Source of the DNA: Candidatus Latescibacterota bacterium
GTDB taxonomy: Bacteria; Latescibacterota; UBA2968; SICM01
Direction of reading: 5' to 3'
DNA: 64,000 nt
Assembly (NCBI GenBank): GCA_965217865.1
Contig: CBDCJO010000002.1
Span: 96,001-160,000, forward strand
Positions 44,251 through 55,249 of the stretch are shown piece by piece. A model generated the notes under the pieces. The model was not told where the DNA came from. It did not search any database and saw only the letters and a program-made list of their open reading frames with translations. Position 1 is the stretch's first letter; each line of letters begins with the position of its first letter. Made by a program: the position numbers and the translations under genes.

Positions 44251-45024
44251 GCGTGTCGTCCACGGTTCCCCCGCACACGCGGGGATAGACCCAGTTGCGG
44301 CTTGTCGTGGAGTTCACGGACGAGGGTTCCCCCGCACACGCGGGGATAGACCCTATAAGGAGGATTAATGGGAACGATCGTGGCAGGTTCCCCCGCACAC
44401 GCGGGGATAGACCCTCACGGCCAGGTCGATCTCAGCCACCTTTGCGGGTTCCCCCGCACACGCGGGGATAGACCCCTCAGAAACCCACGCAGGGTTTTGG
44501 TTGTATGGGTTCCCCCGCACAGGCGGGGATAGACCGTAAAAGGTTTCCAGGTGTTCCCGCACCACCAGGGTTCCCCCGCACACGCGGGGATAGACCCGAC
44601 CTGGAATGGCTCACCCACGGAGCGGATCGGGTTCCCCCGCACACGCGGGGATAGACCGTTTTCATATTGATTGCCTGATTCCGCCATTGGGGTTCCCCCG
44701 CACACGCGGGGATAGACCCCTCACGAGCCATGCTTCAAGCTCTCGCTGCCAGGTTCCCCCGCACACGCGGGGATAGACCCTGGACGGAGGCTTTGTCTTC
44801 CAACCCGGCGTCGGTTCCCCCGCACACGCGGGGATAGACCCGATCCTCCCCGCTCAGAAAATCCCTCCCGGATGGTTCCCCCGCACACGCGGGGATAGAC
44901 CCGACGATCGCGCGGACTGGCGGGAGGCTTACGCGGTTCCCCCGCACACGCGGGGATAGACCCGGTATAGCTGTCATCGGTAGTCAAGGTCTCGCGGTTC
45001 CCCCGCACACGCGGGGATAGACCC
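44203..45024 (+). CRISPR. Type I-E CRISPR array, 14 repeats / 13 spacers
   Basis: 29-bp repeat GGTTCCCCCGCACACGCGGGGATAGACCC, 32-bp spacers, exact 61-bp period from 44203 to 44996. Confidence 0.98.
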
Positions 45025-45041
45025 GGTAGCCACAGACGTCC

Positions 45042-47168
45042 AGGCACGCACTCAATTGGGAAACTGAGGAAAAGGTTGCCAAGAAACGGGGAGTGGACAA
45101 ACGAGGACCCAAGAGCGACGAAGCCTACGTCCGCGAGGTCCTGGGCGACATGGCGAATGCCCGGAATGTCCTGATCATCAACGATGAAGCACATCATGCG
45201 TGGCGCGTTCCTGCTGGATCCAAGGTCAAAGGCATCGCCAAGGATGAGATAGAGGAAGCTACCAAGTGGGTCGGCGGCCTGGATCGAATCCATAAGGCGC
45301 GGAGCATTCTCGCTTGCTACGACTTCTCCGCCACGCCCTTCGCGCCGTCAGGCAAACGGAGTTCCGAGGAGGCGTTGTTCGGCTGGATCGTGAGTGATTT
45401 CGGCCTGAACGACGCCATCGAGTCCGGTTTGGTCAAGACCCCGCGCGTCGTGATTCGCGACGACGCGGTGCCCAACGCCAAAACCTACAAATCCCGCCTC
45501 TACCACATCTACAACGATGTCGAGGTCAAGGACGACCTGAACCGGCGGGCCAAACCCGAGGAACCCCTGCCGGACTTGGTCATGAACGGCTATTACCTTC
45601 TCGGCTACGATTGGCGCGAAACCGCCGAGGATTGGGCGGCACGACCGGACAGCACCCCGCCGGTAATGATCACCGTCGCCAACCGCACCGAGACGGCGGC
45701 CCGGATCAAGTATGCGTTCGACCATAGAAAGGTGCGTATCAGTGAACTATGCGACCCTAAGCGGACCCTCCACATTGATTCGAGGGTTCTGGGCGAGGCC
45801 GAGGCCGCCGAGGAACCGATCGCGGAGGTCGGTGCTGGCGAGAGCGAGGAAAACGAGGGCAGCAGCCACACACGCAAACTGACCAGGAAACAGCAGGCCG
45901 AGTCGCTGCGCCGGCAAGTGGATACCGTGGGCCGGCCCGGCAGGGAGGGCGAGCAGATCCAGAACGTGATCTCCGTCGGAATGCTGTCCGAGGGTTGGGA
46001 CGCGAAAACCGTGACACACATCATGGGTCTGCGCGCATTCAGCAGCCAGCTTCTTTGCGAGCAGGTCGTCGGACGCGGCCTGCGTCGCACGACTTATGAT
46101 GTGAACGCGGACGGTCTATTCGAAGCTGAGCACGTCAACATATTCGGGGTACCCTTCACCTTCCTGCCACACGAGGGCGGGGAAGATGGTCCGCCGCCAC
46201 CACCAAAGCCGAAGACCGCCATCGAGCCGGTCTCGGACAAGGTGGCTTTTGAAATTTCCTGGCCGAATGTGCTCCGTGTAGAGCATACCTACCGCCCGCG
46301 CTTGTCACTGGAATGGGAAAAAGTGAAGCCCCTTGAGCTGGATGCCTCTCAGACGGCCAAAGTCGCCGAGCTTGCCCCAATCGTCGAAGGCAAGCCCGAT
46401 ATGACGAAGATCAATGCCATCGACTTGCAGAAGCTGGCACAGAAGTTCCGTACGCAGCGAATCATCTTCGAGACCTCTCGGGATGTTTACGATCAGATGC
46501 GACAGAATTGGTCGGGCAAGAAAGCCTCCTTGTTGGCCCAGTTAGTACGGCTGGTCGAGCAATTCATATGTTCGGACAGGATCCGCATCACTCCCGCGCT
46601 ATTCCTCCACGACGATCTCACGCGCCGGCTTATCATCACACTCAACATGAACAAGGTCGTCCAACATATCTCGGAGGCAATCCGCTTCGAGAACACCCAG
46701 AGCCTGGATCTCGTGTTCGATCAGGATCGACCCATTCGTTCAACCAACGACATGGGGACGTGGTTCACCGGCAAGCCTTGCGAGCGCACGGCGCGCAGCC
46801 ATATCAATTTCTGTGTCTATGACAGCACTTGGGAAGCATCGGAAGCCTTTGTGCTGGATCACAGCCCCGAGGTGGCCGCTTGGGTGAAAAACGATCATCT
46901 GGGCTTCGAAGTGTTCTATGTCTATCGCGGCGTGGTACGGAAGTACCGTCCGGATTTCCTTATCCGGCTAAAGTCCGGTGACATGCTGGTATTGGAAACC
47001 AAGGGGGAGGACGACGAACAGAACCAAACCAAACGCCGGTTCCTCGACGAATGGGTCACCGCCGTCAACGCGCATGGGGGCTTCGGCCGTTGGGTGTGGG
47101 ATGTATCTCGAGCCCCCAGTGAGGTTCATGGCATTCTTGCGCACCATGCGGGCGCCAGCCCCGCTTGA
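45042..47168 (+). pseudogene. Type III restriction endonuclease Res subunit lacking its N-terminus
   Basis: INDEAHH, FSATP, MLSEGWD, EQVVGRGLRR, YRPDF...LETKG; no Walker A and no native start. Confidence 0.85.
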
Positions 47169-47565
47169 AAGTGTACCTCTGGGAAGGCAACGTTCATGAC
47201 TGCTCGATTGAGGATAGCGTCCAAGCGTGGTGCCCCGCGCCCGTCCTATTCAAGGCGGGGGAACTCAGCTGGATTCCAGGCACTCGCGAATGGTGCATGC
47301 CGGATGACACGTCGGTGGCTCAGCATCGTGAGGGGATTGGTCACAGCGCCTTGCTCGCCCGCGAGGATTGGCTGAAGCGGACTCTTCGAAAGACCGGTCA
47401 CTCGATCGTGTTTAGATGGTTCGGCAAATCCGCCCTTAACATCCTGTTTTTGCTAGGAAATCAGATTACGCGAATTTTCGCAGGTTGGTACTAGGTCACC
47501 AAGGAACCTCTCAGTGGAAATTTGCAGATTCTAAGTAGCGATGATGAATGGCCTTACAAATGAAA

Positions 47566-47587
47566 GCCTCTAACAATCGCATGCACT
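47566..47587 (+). repeat. Left half of an attC-like site
   Basis: GCCTCTAACAATCGCATGCACT just after a TGA stop. Confidence 0.4.
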
Positions 47588-47629
47588 AAAACTGGTAAGG
47601 GCCTGTATCCCCAAAAACTGTCCAAAATA

Positions 47630-48598
47630 TTGAAAGAGCACAAACCGATGAAAAAATCAGTTGTTCGTTTCCCCTCCCCAAGTGTGTTGCGCACATGCCT
47701 GTTCGCGTTGGCCTGTCTCACCTTCTCGTCTGTCGGATATGCTTCTCCTCAACCATCGGAAGCCGACAACGTGCATTTTTGCCTGCCTATCGATTTTGAA
47801 GAAATGAGAGAGAGCGATAGCTCCTATGCCGCTCGCAAGCAGGCGTTTGACTTGAATGTTGGCGAACCCCGCACCGTGCGGCTGATCTACTTCCTGCCCA
47901 ATGACCGTCCGTTTCGCGCAGAAGTGGTTGATTCGATGAAAGTTGCGATTCGCCGGATTCAGACCTTCTACGGCGATCAGATGCAAGTGCACGGATACGG
48001 GAACAAAACCTTCCGCTTTGAAACCGATGTGCAGGGCGAGCCGATGGTTCATCGCGTGGACGGTCAACACCCCGATAGTCACTATTTTGATAACACATTT
48101 CAAGCTATGAATGACGAGATTGAACAGGTGTTTGATCTCTATGCGAACGTTTACCTCCTTGTCATTGACAATAGTATATATGCAATTGTTACTCGTTCTC
48201 GGGGTGCGGGAGGAAGAGGAGGCCGGCAGGGAAAAAATGCTGGCTATGCGTTGGTTCATGGGGGATTTAGCTTCAGAACAGCGGCACATGAACTTGGACA
48301 CGCCTTCGGATTGCGGCACGATTTCAACGATGATGCGTACATCATGTCGTATGGCGGCGGCCAACGACGCTCTCTATCTGCGTGCAATGCCGAATTTTTG
48401 GCTGTGCATCCCTACTTCGATCCCAGTGTTGAAGCACAAGAAGCACCGCCGCCGACAATCGAACTCATTTCACAGACTGCCTATCCGGCAGGCTCAAGAA
48501 GCGTCTCCGTTCAACTCGAAGTCAGCGACCCAGAGGGACTTCACCAAGTGCTCCTGCTCGTTGTCGGTGAAGTGAAGGCGTGTCGTGGATTGGCGGGC
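47630..48598 (+). pseudogene. Secreted zinc metallopeptidase, C-terminally truncated
   Basis: Signal peptide; HELGHAFGLRH plus IMSY Met-turn. Confidence 0.8.
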
Positions 48599-48599
48599 G

Positions 48600-48925
48600 T
48601 ACCAGGCCAGCAAGAGACGGGGCAGGTTGCCGTAGGGGAGCTTATTATTGACCCCGGCGGTCACCACCCCCAACGTGTACGGGCCATTGCGCCAGACGTA
48701 CTGGTTCCGGCGGCCGGGGTTGGTGCGGGGCAGTGAGCACAACGCCATCATCCGCGCCATGAAACCGAGGTCCGGGTCCGCTTCTCGGGCCGTCACCAAC
48801 TGGTCGACTTGGCGGGCGAGGGTCCAGTGGTGGAACTTCTGTGGACTGGGCACGGGCCAGTCGTTCCACTCGAAGGCGCGCCGCATCTTCTCGTACTCTC
48901 GCCGCCGTCGCTCCTTCTCGCTCAT
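48600..48925 (-). pseudogene. Plasmid replication initiator (RepA_C type), N-terminal fragment
   Basis: FMARMMALCSLPRTNPG...NGPYTL...LPYGNLPRLLLAW. Confidence 0.7.
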
Positions 48926-48962
48926 GGCTTCAGTTTCCCACTGTGGCGGCGGCAGATCCGCC

Positions 48963-49898
48963 TCACTGATCTGATCCTCTCATCAGATTAAGGCGGTGTC
49001 TCTGCCGAGTATTCACAGGAGATCGAATATAGGTCGTGTCGGCTCCGCCAATCAGCGCCACTAACAATCGGCAGACAAGCGCCTTTATCTCAAGCGTAAG
49101 ATACCGATTGGTGGGGGTGCCTCCGAGCCCTGCAAAACCAAGCGGTTCGCTCACGAACAGAGCCTCGTGCAATGTGTCGTTCCGAATCGCAGCAACGGAA
49201 TCAACCCAAGGGGGCGTTTTAATGCTGAACTGACAGCACATCCACTTGATCCGACGAGCATGGCTGGGATAATTCGATGGTTGGCGTAACTCTTGGGCCA
49301 ACTTGTAGCAGGCGTCAATCGCCATATAGAAGTACACGAACCTCTCGAAACCTAGATTCTGCGGGTTCTGGCCGAGGAACAGTGCGTGTACTGCTGCCGC
49401 GAAACGTTTCGCCTGCCGGCGCTTAGCGCAGTTCGTGGTCCAGAAGACCTCGGCCAACTTAACTGCATGGGTGAGGCTTGACCCATGCAAGATGAAGTCG
49501 ACAAGCATGCCGGGTTTGAGCGGAGTAGCGTCAAGAAAACCCGCCTCAGTCGCGGTCAGCCGCATGCCGACGAAGAACGACAGCGCCCAGAGATGGAAAT
49601 CGAGGTGATCCCCGCTCGTGGCCTCCGCGTGTTCGATCAAATGCGTCTTTGGCAACCCGAACACGCGGGAGGCGTACGGGAGTTCCCGGATTTTTCCGCT
49701 CACAAACTCACGATGCTGTTGAGGTGGCGCGTAGACCCAGTTGTTTTCAATGCCATCGTCGGTGAGCATGTCGCTAGCGGTCCGCTCGATATTCGGGAGC
49801 GAACTGACTGTGACTGGTCCCGCTTTGATCTCTAGCGGCTGCGGGTAGAACCCGAACTCCTTACGCATACTCTTTAGTCTCCCATGCTGGGCAGGCAC
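48963..49898 (-). CDS. Hypothetical protein with C-terminal HEPN-like motif
   Basis: FVYFYMAIDA helix and RNDTLHE (R-X4-H). Confidence 0.55.
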   Translation of the reverse strand: MPAQHGRLKSMRKEFGFYPQPLEIKAGPVTVSSLPNIERTASDMLTDDGIENNWVYAPPQQHREFVSGKIRELPYASRVFGLPKTHLIEHAEATSGDHLDFHLWALSFFVGMRLTATEAGFLDATPLKPGMLVDFILHGSSLTHAVKLAEVFWTTNCAKRRQAKRFAAAVHALFLGQNPQNLGFERFVYFYMAIDACYKLAQELRQPSNYPSHARRIKWMCCQFSIKTPPWVDSVAAIRNDTLHEALFVSEPLGFAGLGGTPTNRYLTLEIKALVCRLLVALIGGADTTYIRSPVNTRQRHRLNLMRGSDQ

Positions 49899-49937
49899 CC
49901 ACAGAGCGTGTCACTTTTCGTTTGTTCCTTGGGGACT

Positions 49938-50155
49938 TCAATCGGGCTTCACCGGCAGGTGATTCTGCTTCTTCGACGACGCAGATCTTACCCGCTGCGC
50001 TCTCTTGAAAGTCACGTCGGCAGCCTGGGGGTAGTCCACGCCTTTCCCACCCAAGAGTTCCTCAATCGTGAGCAGCTGAATACAAGGGTGATTCCCCCAG
50101 GGAGACTTGTAGAAGCCCGCTGAGGCCGCTTCTCGACGCATCGGTGCGGTCGGAG
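49938..50155 (-). pseudogene. C-terminus of a DNA methylase/restriction fusion
   Basis: PTAPMRREAASAGFY...IQLLTIEELLGG. Confidence 0.6.
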
Positions 50156-50739
50156 GGTTTGTGGCTGTGGATACTTGAGCTTTTTTATGCCCTTCCCTCG
50201 ATCCGGCCAGTTGAATCCTTTGTTAACAGCGAGATCACTTGGTTGGTCTACCCCTTCACCCGGAAAGAGGATCAGGCTCCTTATATGATGTAACCCGAAG
50301 ATTCTTTTCAGCGAGTGGAGTGATGTCGAGGACGCCCTTCGAGAAGGCGAACCCCCCAAACCCGACGAAATCCTAACAGACGTTCAAACCCAAGAAAAAC
50401 AAGACCGGGCTATTAACATACTTCTTTAATGCTCGATTTTTGGCTTTCTTTATGCGGTTCGCAGCTTTCTCTTAATAAAAAAGGGACTGTAGTGGGTCAA
50501 TCGCCTGGCGATAGGAACTGCTGCCCCTCGGCGCTGGTGCTGTGTCCCGGTGGCTCGGATCCGTAGAGGGGCTTCCAGAAATAACCCAACGGTTCCAGCG
50601 CGTCCAGATTGCGAATTCTCTGCTCTTGATGTTATTGGTCGATACGATACGGGCGAAACCGTCATTCTTTCCGGCTATAGAACGCCGCTCCATGACCTAC
50701 GCCGGGATCGGTGAGGTGCGGCTATGCGTCTCAAAGGCC

Positions 50740-50940
50740 CTAAGAATTCCGGCCTCGGCTTGACAACTTCGACGGCCCCAGTGCCCACACCCAGTCCGAG
50801 ATCCTTCAGAAGAATGCAAAGATCGATACCGTCGACCAGATCAATCGCTGGCGTCCCGTCCCTCACGGCCTCGCGCTCCGCATCCTTGGTGAACCCTCCT
50901 GTGGTGATGAACAGCCCCTTATCTGCGACGCCCGCCAGCG
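50740..50940 (-). pseudogene. mrr: Mrr endonuclease C-terminal fragment
   Basis: ADKGLFITTGGFTKDAEREA...IDLVDG..LC.LLKDLGLGV. Confidence 0.75.
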
Positions 50941-50986
50941 TATGTTGATTCCCTCGCTGCTCCATGCTTCCTCCAAAATCACCGGT

Positions 50987-51400
50987 CTATTCTCCGGTTC
51001 GCTTTTGAGCTTCCTCCAGCATGCCAGGCAGTGTGAACAAGTAGAGGAAAACAAGCCTGGTAAATTTGGATAATTCCGCCGCATCATTTTTAGAAATTGG
51101 CTCTTCCTCATGTGCGGCGTCATTGCCGCCAAGCCGTATCTGATGCGCCCATTCGGCCAAAGCGGGCGTCAAATCCTGTTTCTTGGCAGCCTCCTCTATA
51201 CGATTGTACAATGTGCCTTTCATCTCGGGAAACTTGCTTTTCAAGCCAGTATCCAGCGCCTTACGGAACATACTGGCGGCGGCGTCCCAGTTTTTAGGCA
51301 GGTTATCAATAGCTTGCTCGAAGAAGCGCGCGACATTTTCAGGAGTATAGTCCGGCGCACCACCCGTAAACAGTAATCTGAAATAGTTCAGCCTAGAGGG
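50987..51400 (-). pseudogene. DUF4145-domain protein, 3' part
   Basis: AAASMFRKALD, LYNRIE, WAHQIRLGGNDAAHE. Confidence 0.7.
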
Positions 51401-51474
51401 AATTGACGAGGCGATTACGCGCGTAGTGGTGCCTGGGAAAGAGGCCATGCGGTCAAGGGAACTGAAGATTGACC

Positions 51475-51800
51475 ATGTCGGTACCCGCCGATCCGAAGAT
51501 TTACCACATCGTCCATGTAGACCGTTTACCATCGCATTACGGACAACGGTCTACTATGTGACGCGGTGATTGCGAAACGTCCACCAGATGGCACTGTGAT
51601 TGGCATGAGCAGCATCAAGAAGCGGCGATTGAAGTTGCCCCTGACGAGCCACCCCAATCTCTTTGTCGGTGAATGCGTGCCGTTTTACTTCTGTCCCCGC
51701 TCGGTCATGCTCTGCATGATCTACCGGGCGAACCACACGGAGTTGCCCTATCCGGTGGGCAAGACCTTATTGTTCATCTGGAAGCGGATTTGCGGGGCCG
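51475..51800 (+). pseudogene. darT: DarT (DUF4433) DNA ADP-ribosyltransferase remnant
   Basis: KIYHIVHVDRLPS, IGMSSIKKRRL, VPFYFCPRSVML; frameshifted and truncated. Confidence 0.8.
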
Positions 51801-51814
51801 TGCAGCGTGAACTC

Positions 51815-52266
51815 CGCTCCAAAAACTCCCCCAATGGATCATTCTTCCATGTCGTTGCCGCGAGTTCCAGGTTGGGGTAGTTTGCGAGGGAAACATGCAG
51901 TTGAGCGAAAGCCTTACCATACGAACGTATAAGATCCTCCGGCTTCCCAGGCTTTGGATCGTCATCAGAGATAAGACACGGTGAAAGGGTGAATCGCGTT
52001 CCTTCAATATCCACAGTCTGCTGACCATCTCTGGCTCGAAGAGGAACAGCAACCGGAACTCCCTGTGAGGCGAGATGACGTAGCAGGTCGAACTGAAGGT
52101 CGAGCCTTTCGTGCGCTCCCTCGCCGACGAGTTTGAGAATAAGATCATCGCCGTTGGCACGTCTGACTCTGAACACCTTTTCCGGGCTCAGTTCCTCCAG
52201 AGAATGGGCCTGCGATATGCCCCATGCCTGGAGAGCCGCTAATGCTTTTTCACGAATAATCATCAT
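51815..52266 (-). pseudogene. Phosphotransferase (APH/homoserine kinase II-like) N-terminal half, cassette-like
   Basis: LILK, LLRHLASQGVPVAVP, AFAQLH; preceded on the minus strand by CGTTAGCGGC at 52290-52281. Confidence 0.6.
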
Positions 52267-52361
52267 CAGAGAGGGGCATAGCCGCTAACGTTCCCGGCAC
52301 CCACGAACCTGCCAAAGGCAGGCTTGCGACCAAAGTAGTCCATCCAGACGTACCGCCAGTC

Positions 52362-52742
52362 ATGAAAACCTCCGCGGGATTTCCGGTCTTCGAGGTCCCG
52401 GACGAGGACATCCTTGCCTACTGCACCGCCAATCATCTGGCTGATGTAGCCACACAGGCGGGGCTGTCCGATTGGGTGGGGTCAGACTCCCGACCGGCGC
52501 CCGAATGCGCCACAACGGGCGCCTGGGGCGCCGTGTACGGGGAGCTGCTCACCTTCGACGACCCTGAACTCCCGCCTGCCCGCCATCGACCGCCTGGGTT
52601 CCGCCCGGGCGCTTCCAGCCTCTATCGGCGGGTGCTTGTCCTGGTCGCGGTGAATGGAGCCCACGAGCTCGCCTGGGTCTACACGGTCGAAACAACTGGC
52701 ATCAAGCGGCGCAGGATCGTGTCGGGATGCTGGCCAGAGTAG
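52362..52742 (+). pseudogene. Gamma-glutamylcyclotransferase-like fragment
   Basis: VYGELLTFDDP...GFRPG..SLYRRVLV...AWVY. Confidence 0.55.
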
Positions 52743-52915
52743 CGGCAGGCCCAGAATTCATCGGCGGTGGTGCTGAAGTTGTCAGCGCAACATCCGTCCC
52801 AGTCGTGATGTGGGTCTGATCTCGTCGATGAAGTTTCCTTGACGCTTTCCCGTATTTTCCATATTTTGCTAGAATATGGGCATGTCTTCCCAAGAATCGT
52901 TCCGGTGGGGTAGCT

Positions 52916-53152
52916 ATGACGAGCCAAGATGATGTCCTCACCATCCCCGATGTCGCCAGCCTCCTCAAGGTGACAGAGAAGACCGTGTACAGCCTCGTCC
53001 GAAAGGGCGACTTGCCTGCCTTCAAGGTCGGCGGCCAGTGGCGGTTCCGTCGAACGGCAATCGACTCCTGGATCGAGGTGAAGACCAATGCTGCTGGCGC
53101 ACAGCCCGCCAACGATAGCGCGAAACCGTCGGCCATCAGTCGGGAGGACTGA
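52916..53152 (+). CDS. Excisionase-type HTH protein (MAD1-like defence regulator)
   Basis: LTIPDVASLLKVTEKTVYSLVRKGDLPAFKVGGQWRF. Confidence 0.85.
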   Translation: MTSQDDVLTIPDVASLLKVTEKTVYSLVRKGDLPAFKVGGQWRFRRTAIDSWIEVKTNAAGAQPANDSAKPSAISRED

Positions 53153-53155
53153 CCA

Positions 53156-53290
53156 ATGTTGAAACTTACACTGCGACAGGAGTTTCAAAGTCGCCGCCTA
53201 AAAAGCACCGCTATCGAGCTGGCGAATTCGAGTAATACAGGCGCCACGCAGATCTCGGCATCGGACTTTCTGGAGATCACTTATCCGAGA
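53156..53290 (+). pseudogene. N-terminal fragment of a DUF499-type defence ATPase
   Basis: MLKLTLRQEF..RRLK.TAIELAN...GATQI.A.DFLEITYP. Confidence 0.5.
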
Positions 53291-53339
53291 TGGCAAGATC
53301 ATAGTCCTGGACAACCTATCCGAACAGACCATTGATCAT

Positions 53340-54914
53340 GTGATTTTGGCGATGGAACATTTCGATCAGGTCATCGTGGTGCTTTCTACAGATAAGTTCT
53401 ATGCATACTACAAAGACGATGATAGGCTTGCGGAATTTAAAGTAATCGAAATTTTACCGCTCACACACAGTAGCCAAGAACAGCTAATCCGAAAGAGAAC
53501 CGAATTATCAGGCCAAGGTAAACCGGCATTAGACGGCCACATTGACCAAATAGAAAATCAAGTTAACGCGATCATCATCAACAATAGAATCCTTCCAAGA
53601 TACCCATTCTATGTTCTATCGATATTACAAACTTATGAAGGATTTATGCCCACCGATTTATCCATTACTTCATATGGCCATTGCTACTATGTCCTGATCA
53701 TTGCCCATCTTTTAAAGTCCGGCATTGCAAAATCTGAAGATGAGATAAACGCTTGTCTGAATTTTTCCGAAAACCTAGCGTTCACGATATACCACAGCGA
53801 TACTGCCCAGCATTGTCTCGACCAGGATTCGTTTGGCGAATTTGTTGAGGAATACAAGAGAAATTACGTCATTAAGGATTCAACGTTGAACAGGCTGTCT
53901 CATCAGAATTACGGAATTGTTGTAAGGAACGGTCAGTTCAGGACTCCCTACATGTACTACTACTTCCTAGGGAAATATTTGGCTAGGAACAGCGATAAAC
54001 ACGAGGACGTCATAGAAAGGATGTGCGACAGAAGTTACATTACAGCGAATTGTCTAACGCTGATATTCACGATTCATCACACAAGTGATTGTCGGATCAT
54101 CGACGACATTGTGCTTCGTACTATGTGTGCCTTAGGTGACGTGAAACCATCAGTGCTGGACCGCAAGGAGTCCCAGATATTCGGGGATATTGTAGCGGCC
54201 ATACCGCCAGAAATACTCTCCGGCGATACTGTCGAAGCCGAAAGGGAAAAGGTGAGGAAAGGAAGGGATCACCGCGAGCATGAGGGTTGCAATGAGTTGG
54301 ATGAAAACGACGATGAATCGGTTCATGTTGTGAATGATGCCTACAGAATTATGAAGAATAGTGAGATCTTAGGACAAATTTTGAGAAACAAGTATGGAAG
54401 TTTAGAACGTGAGAAGATCGTAGAAATTATTGAGACTATTGCAGACGGAAGGTTGCGGCTAGTTCGGTTGATTTTGGGAAGTCAGAAAGAAATGAATGAT
54501 TTTGCGACCTTCATCCACAAAAGGAGTCCGAAGTTTAGTCTTGATGAGATAAAACAGGCTCTTCGGTTCCTGTCTTTTTCTTGGACGATTTACAATGTTA
54601 AGAGAACTGTTGGCGAATTGAATAAACCTGAGATTCGGTCGCTTGTTGAAGACGTCGTAACGCAGAGGAACACGCCGGCCTACGACTTGATTGGATACTT
54701 TTTCAGGTTGGATACTATTGAGGAGTTTTCAAAGAACGAACAGAAACAGCTCAAAGATCTGTTGAACAGACATCGTTATGATTTTTTTAGGAAAATGGTC
54801 TCGATCAGGACGCAACACTACCTAAATACTCATAAAGTTGACACCCCGGTGGAACAGGCAGTTTGTTCATCGTTGGGAATTAAGTATAAGGCAAGACCGA
54901 AAAGGCTGAGCTAG
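53340..54914 (+). CDS. Hypothetical low-GC protein, probably the 3' part of a larger NTPase-type defence protein
   Basis: Long ORF with no clear native start; YPFYVLSILQ and YYYFLGKY motifs. Confidence 0.5.
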   Translation: MILAMEHFDQVIVVLSTDKFYAYYKDDDRLAEFKVIEILPLTHSSQEQLIRKRTELSGQGKPALDGHIDQIENQVNAIIINNRILPRYPFYVLSILQTYEGFMPTDLSITSYGHCYYVLIIAHLLKSGIAKSEDEINACLNFSENLAFTIYHSDTAQHCLDQDSFGEFVEEYKRNYVIKDSTLNRLSHQNYGIVVRNGQFRTPYMYYYFLGKYLARNSDKHEDVIERMCDRSYITANCLTLIFTIHHTSDCRIIDDIVLRTMCALGDVKPSVLDRKESQIFGDIVAAIPPEILSGDTVEAEREKVRKGRDHREHEGCNELDENDDESVHVVNDAYRIMKNSEILGQILRNKYGSLEREKIVEIIETIADGRLRLVRLILGSQKEMNDFATFIHKRSPKFSLDEIKQALRFLSFSWTIYNVKRTVGELNKPEIRSLVEDVVTQRNTPAYDLIGYFFRLDTIEEFSKNEQKQLKDLLNRHRYDFFRKMVSIRTQHYLNTHKVDTPVEQAVCSSLGIKYKARPKRLS

Positions 54915-55029
54915 ACCTTATGTATTGACGAGTATATGAAAGACCTCCTCCGATCTCGGTGATCGGGGGTTATCTTTGGGAAAACGGAAGTTCATCCAAA
55001 GACCTATCCCCAGCGAGAAGGAGAAGGCC

Positions 55030-55100
55030 ATGCGTAAATCTACGAAAGTTGTGGCGTTGGACATACACAAAGATTCGATCACCGTTGCGCTTGCCGGTCT
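55030..55100 (+). pseudogene. IS110 transposase start
   Basis: MRKSTKVVALDIHKDSITVA after an AGAAGGAG RBS. Confidence 0.6.
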
Positions 55101-55249
55101 GAACTGATTTCGGCAAGGGTAGAATCAGCTGCGCACCTCTTGGCGGCACACGGATACACTGTTTTGCTGCCAAACTTCAGAGGCAGTAGTGGCTATGGAG
55201 CCGAATTCTTGGAGCAGCTCCAGAACTATAAGATGATGTCAATCCCCTC

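Noticed and set aside
44232-44995. Self-targeting spacers
   Set aside because: No match to the window noticed by eye; a proper alignment was not possible
38035-45024. CRISPR-associated transposon or recombinase system
   Set aside because: No TnsB/C/TniQ or cascade genes; the recombinase and cas3 are separated by several unrelated fragments
44085-45293. Minus-strand ORFs with repeating GSIPACAGEP / GLSPRVRGN
   Set aside because: These are translations of the CRISPR repeat
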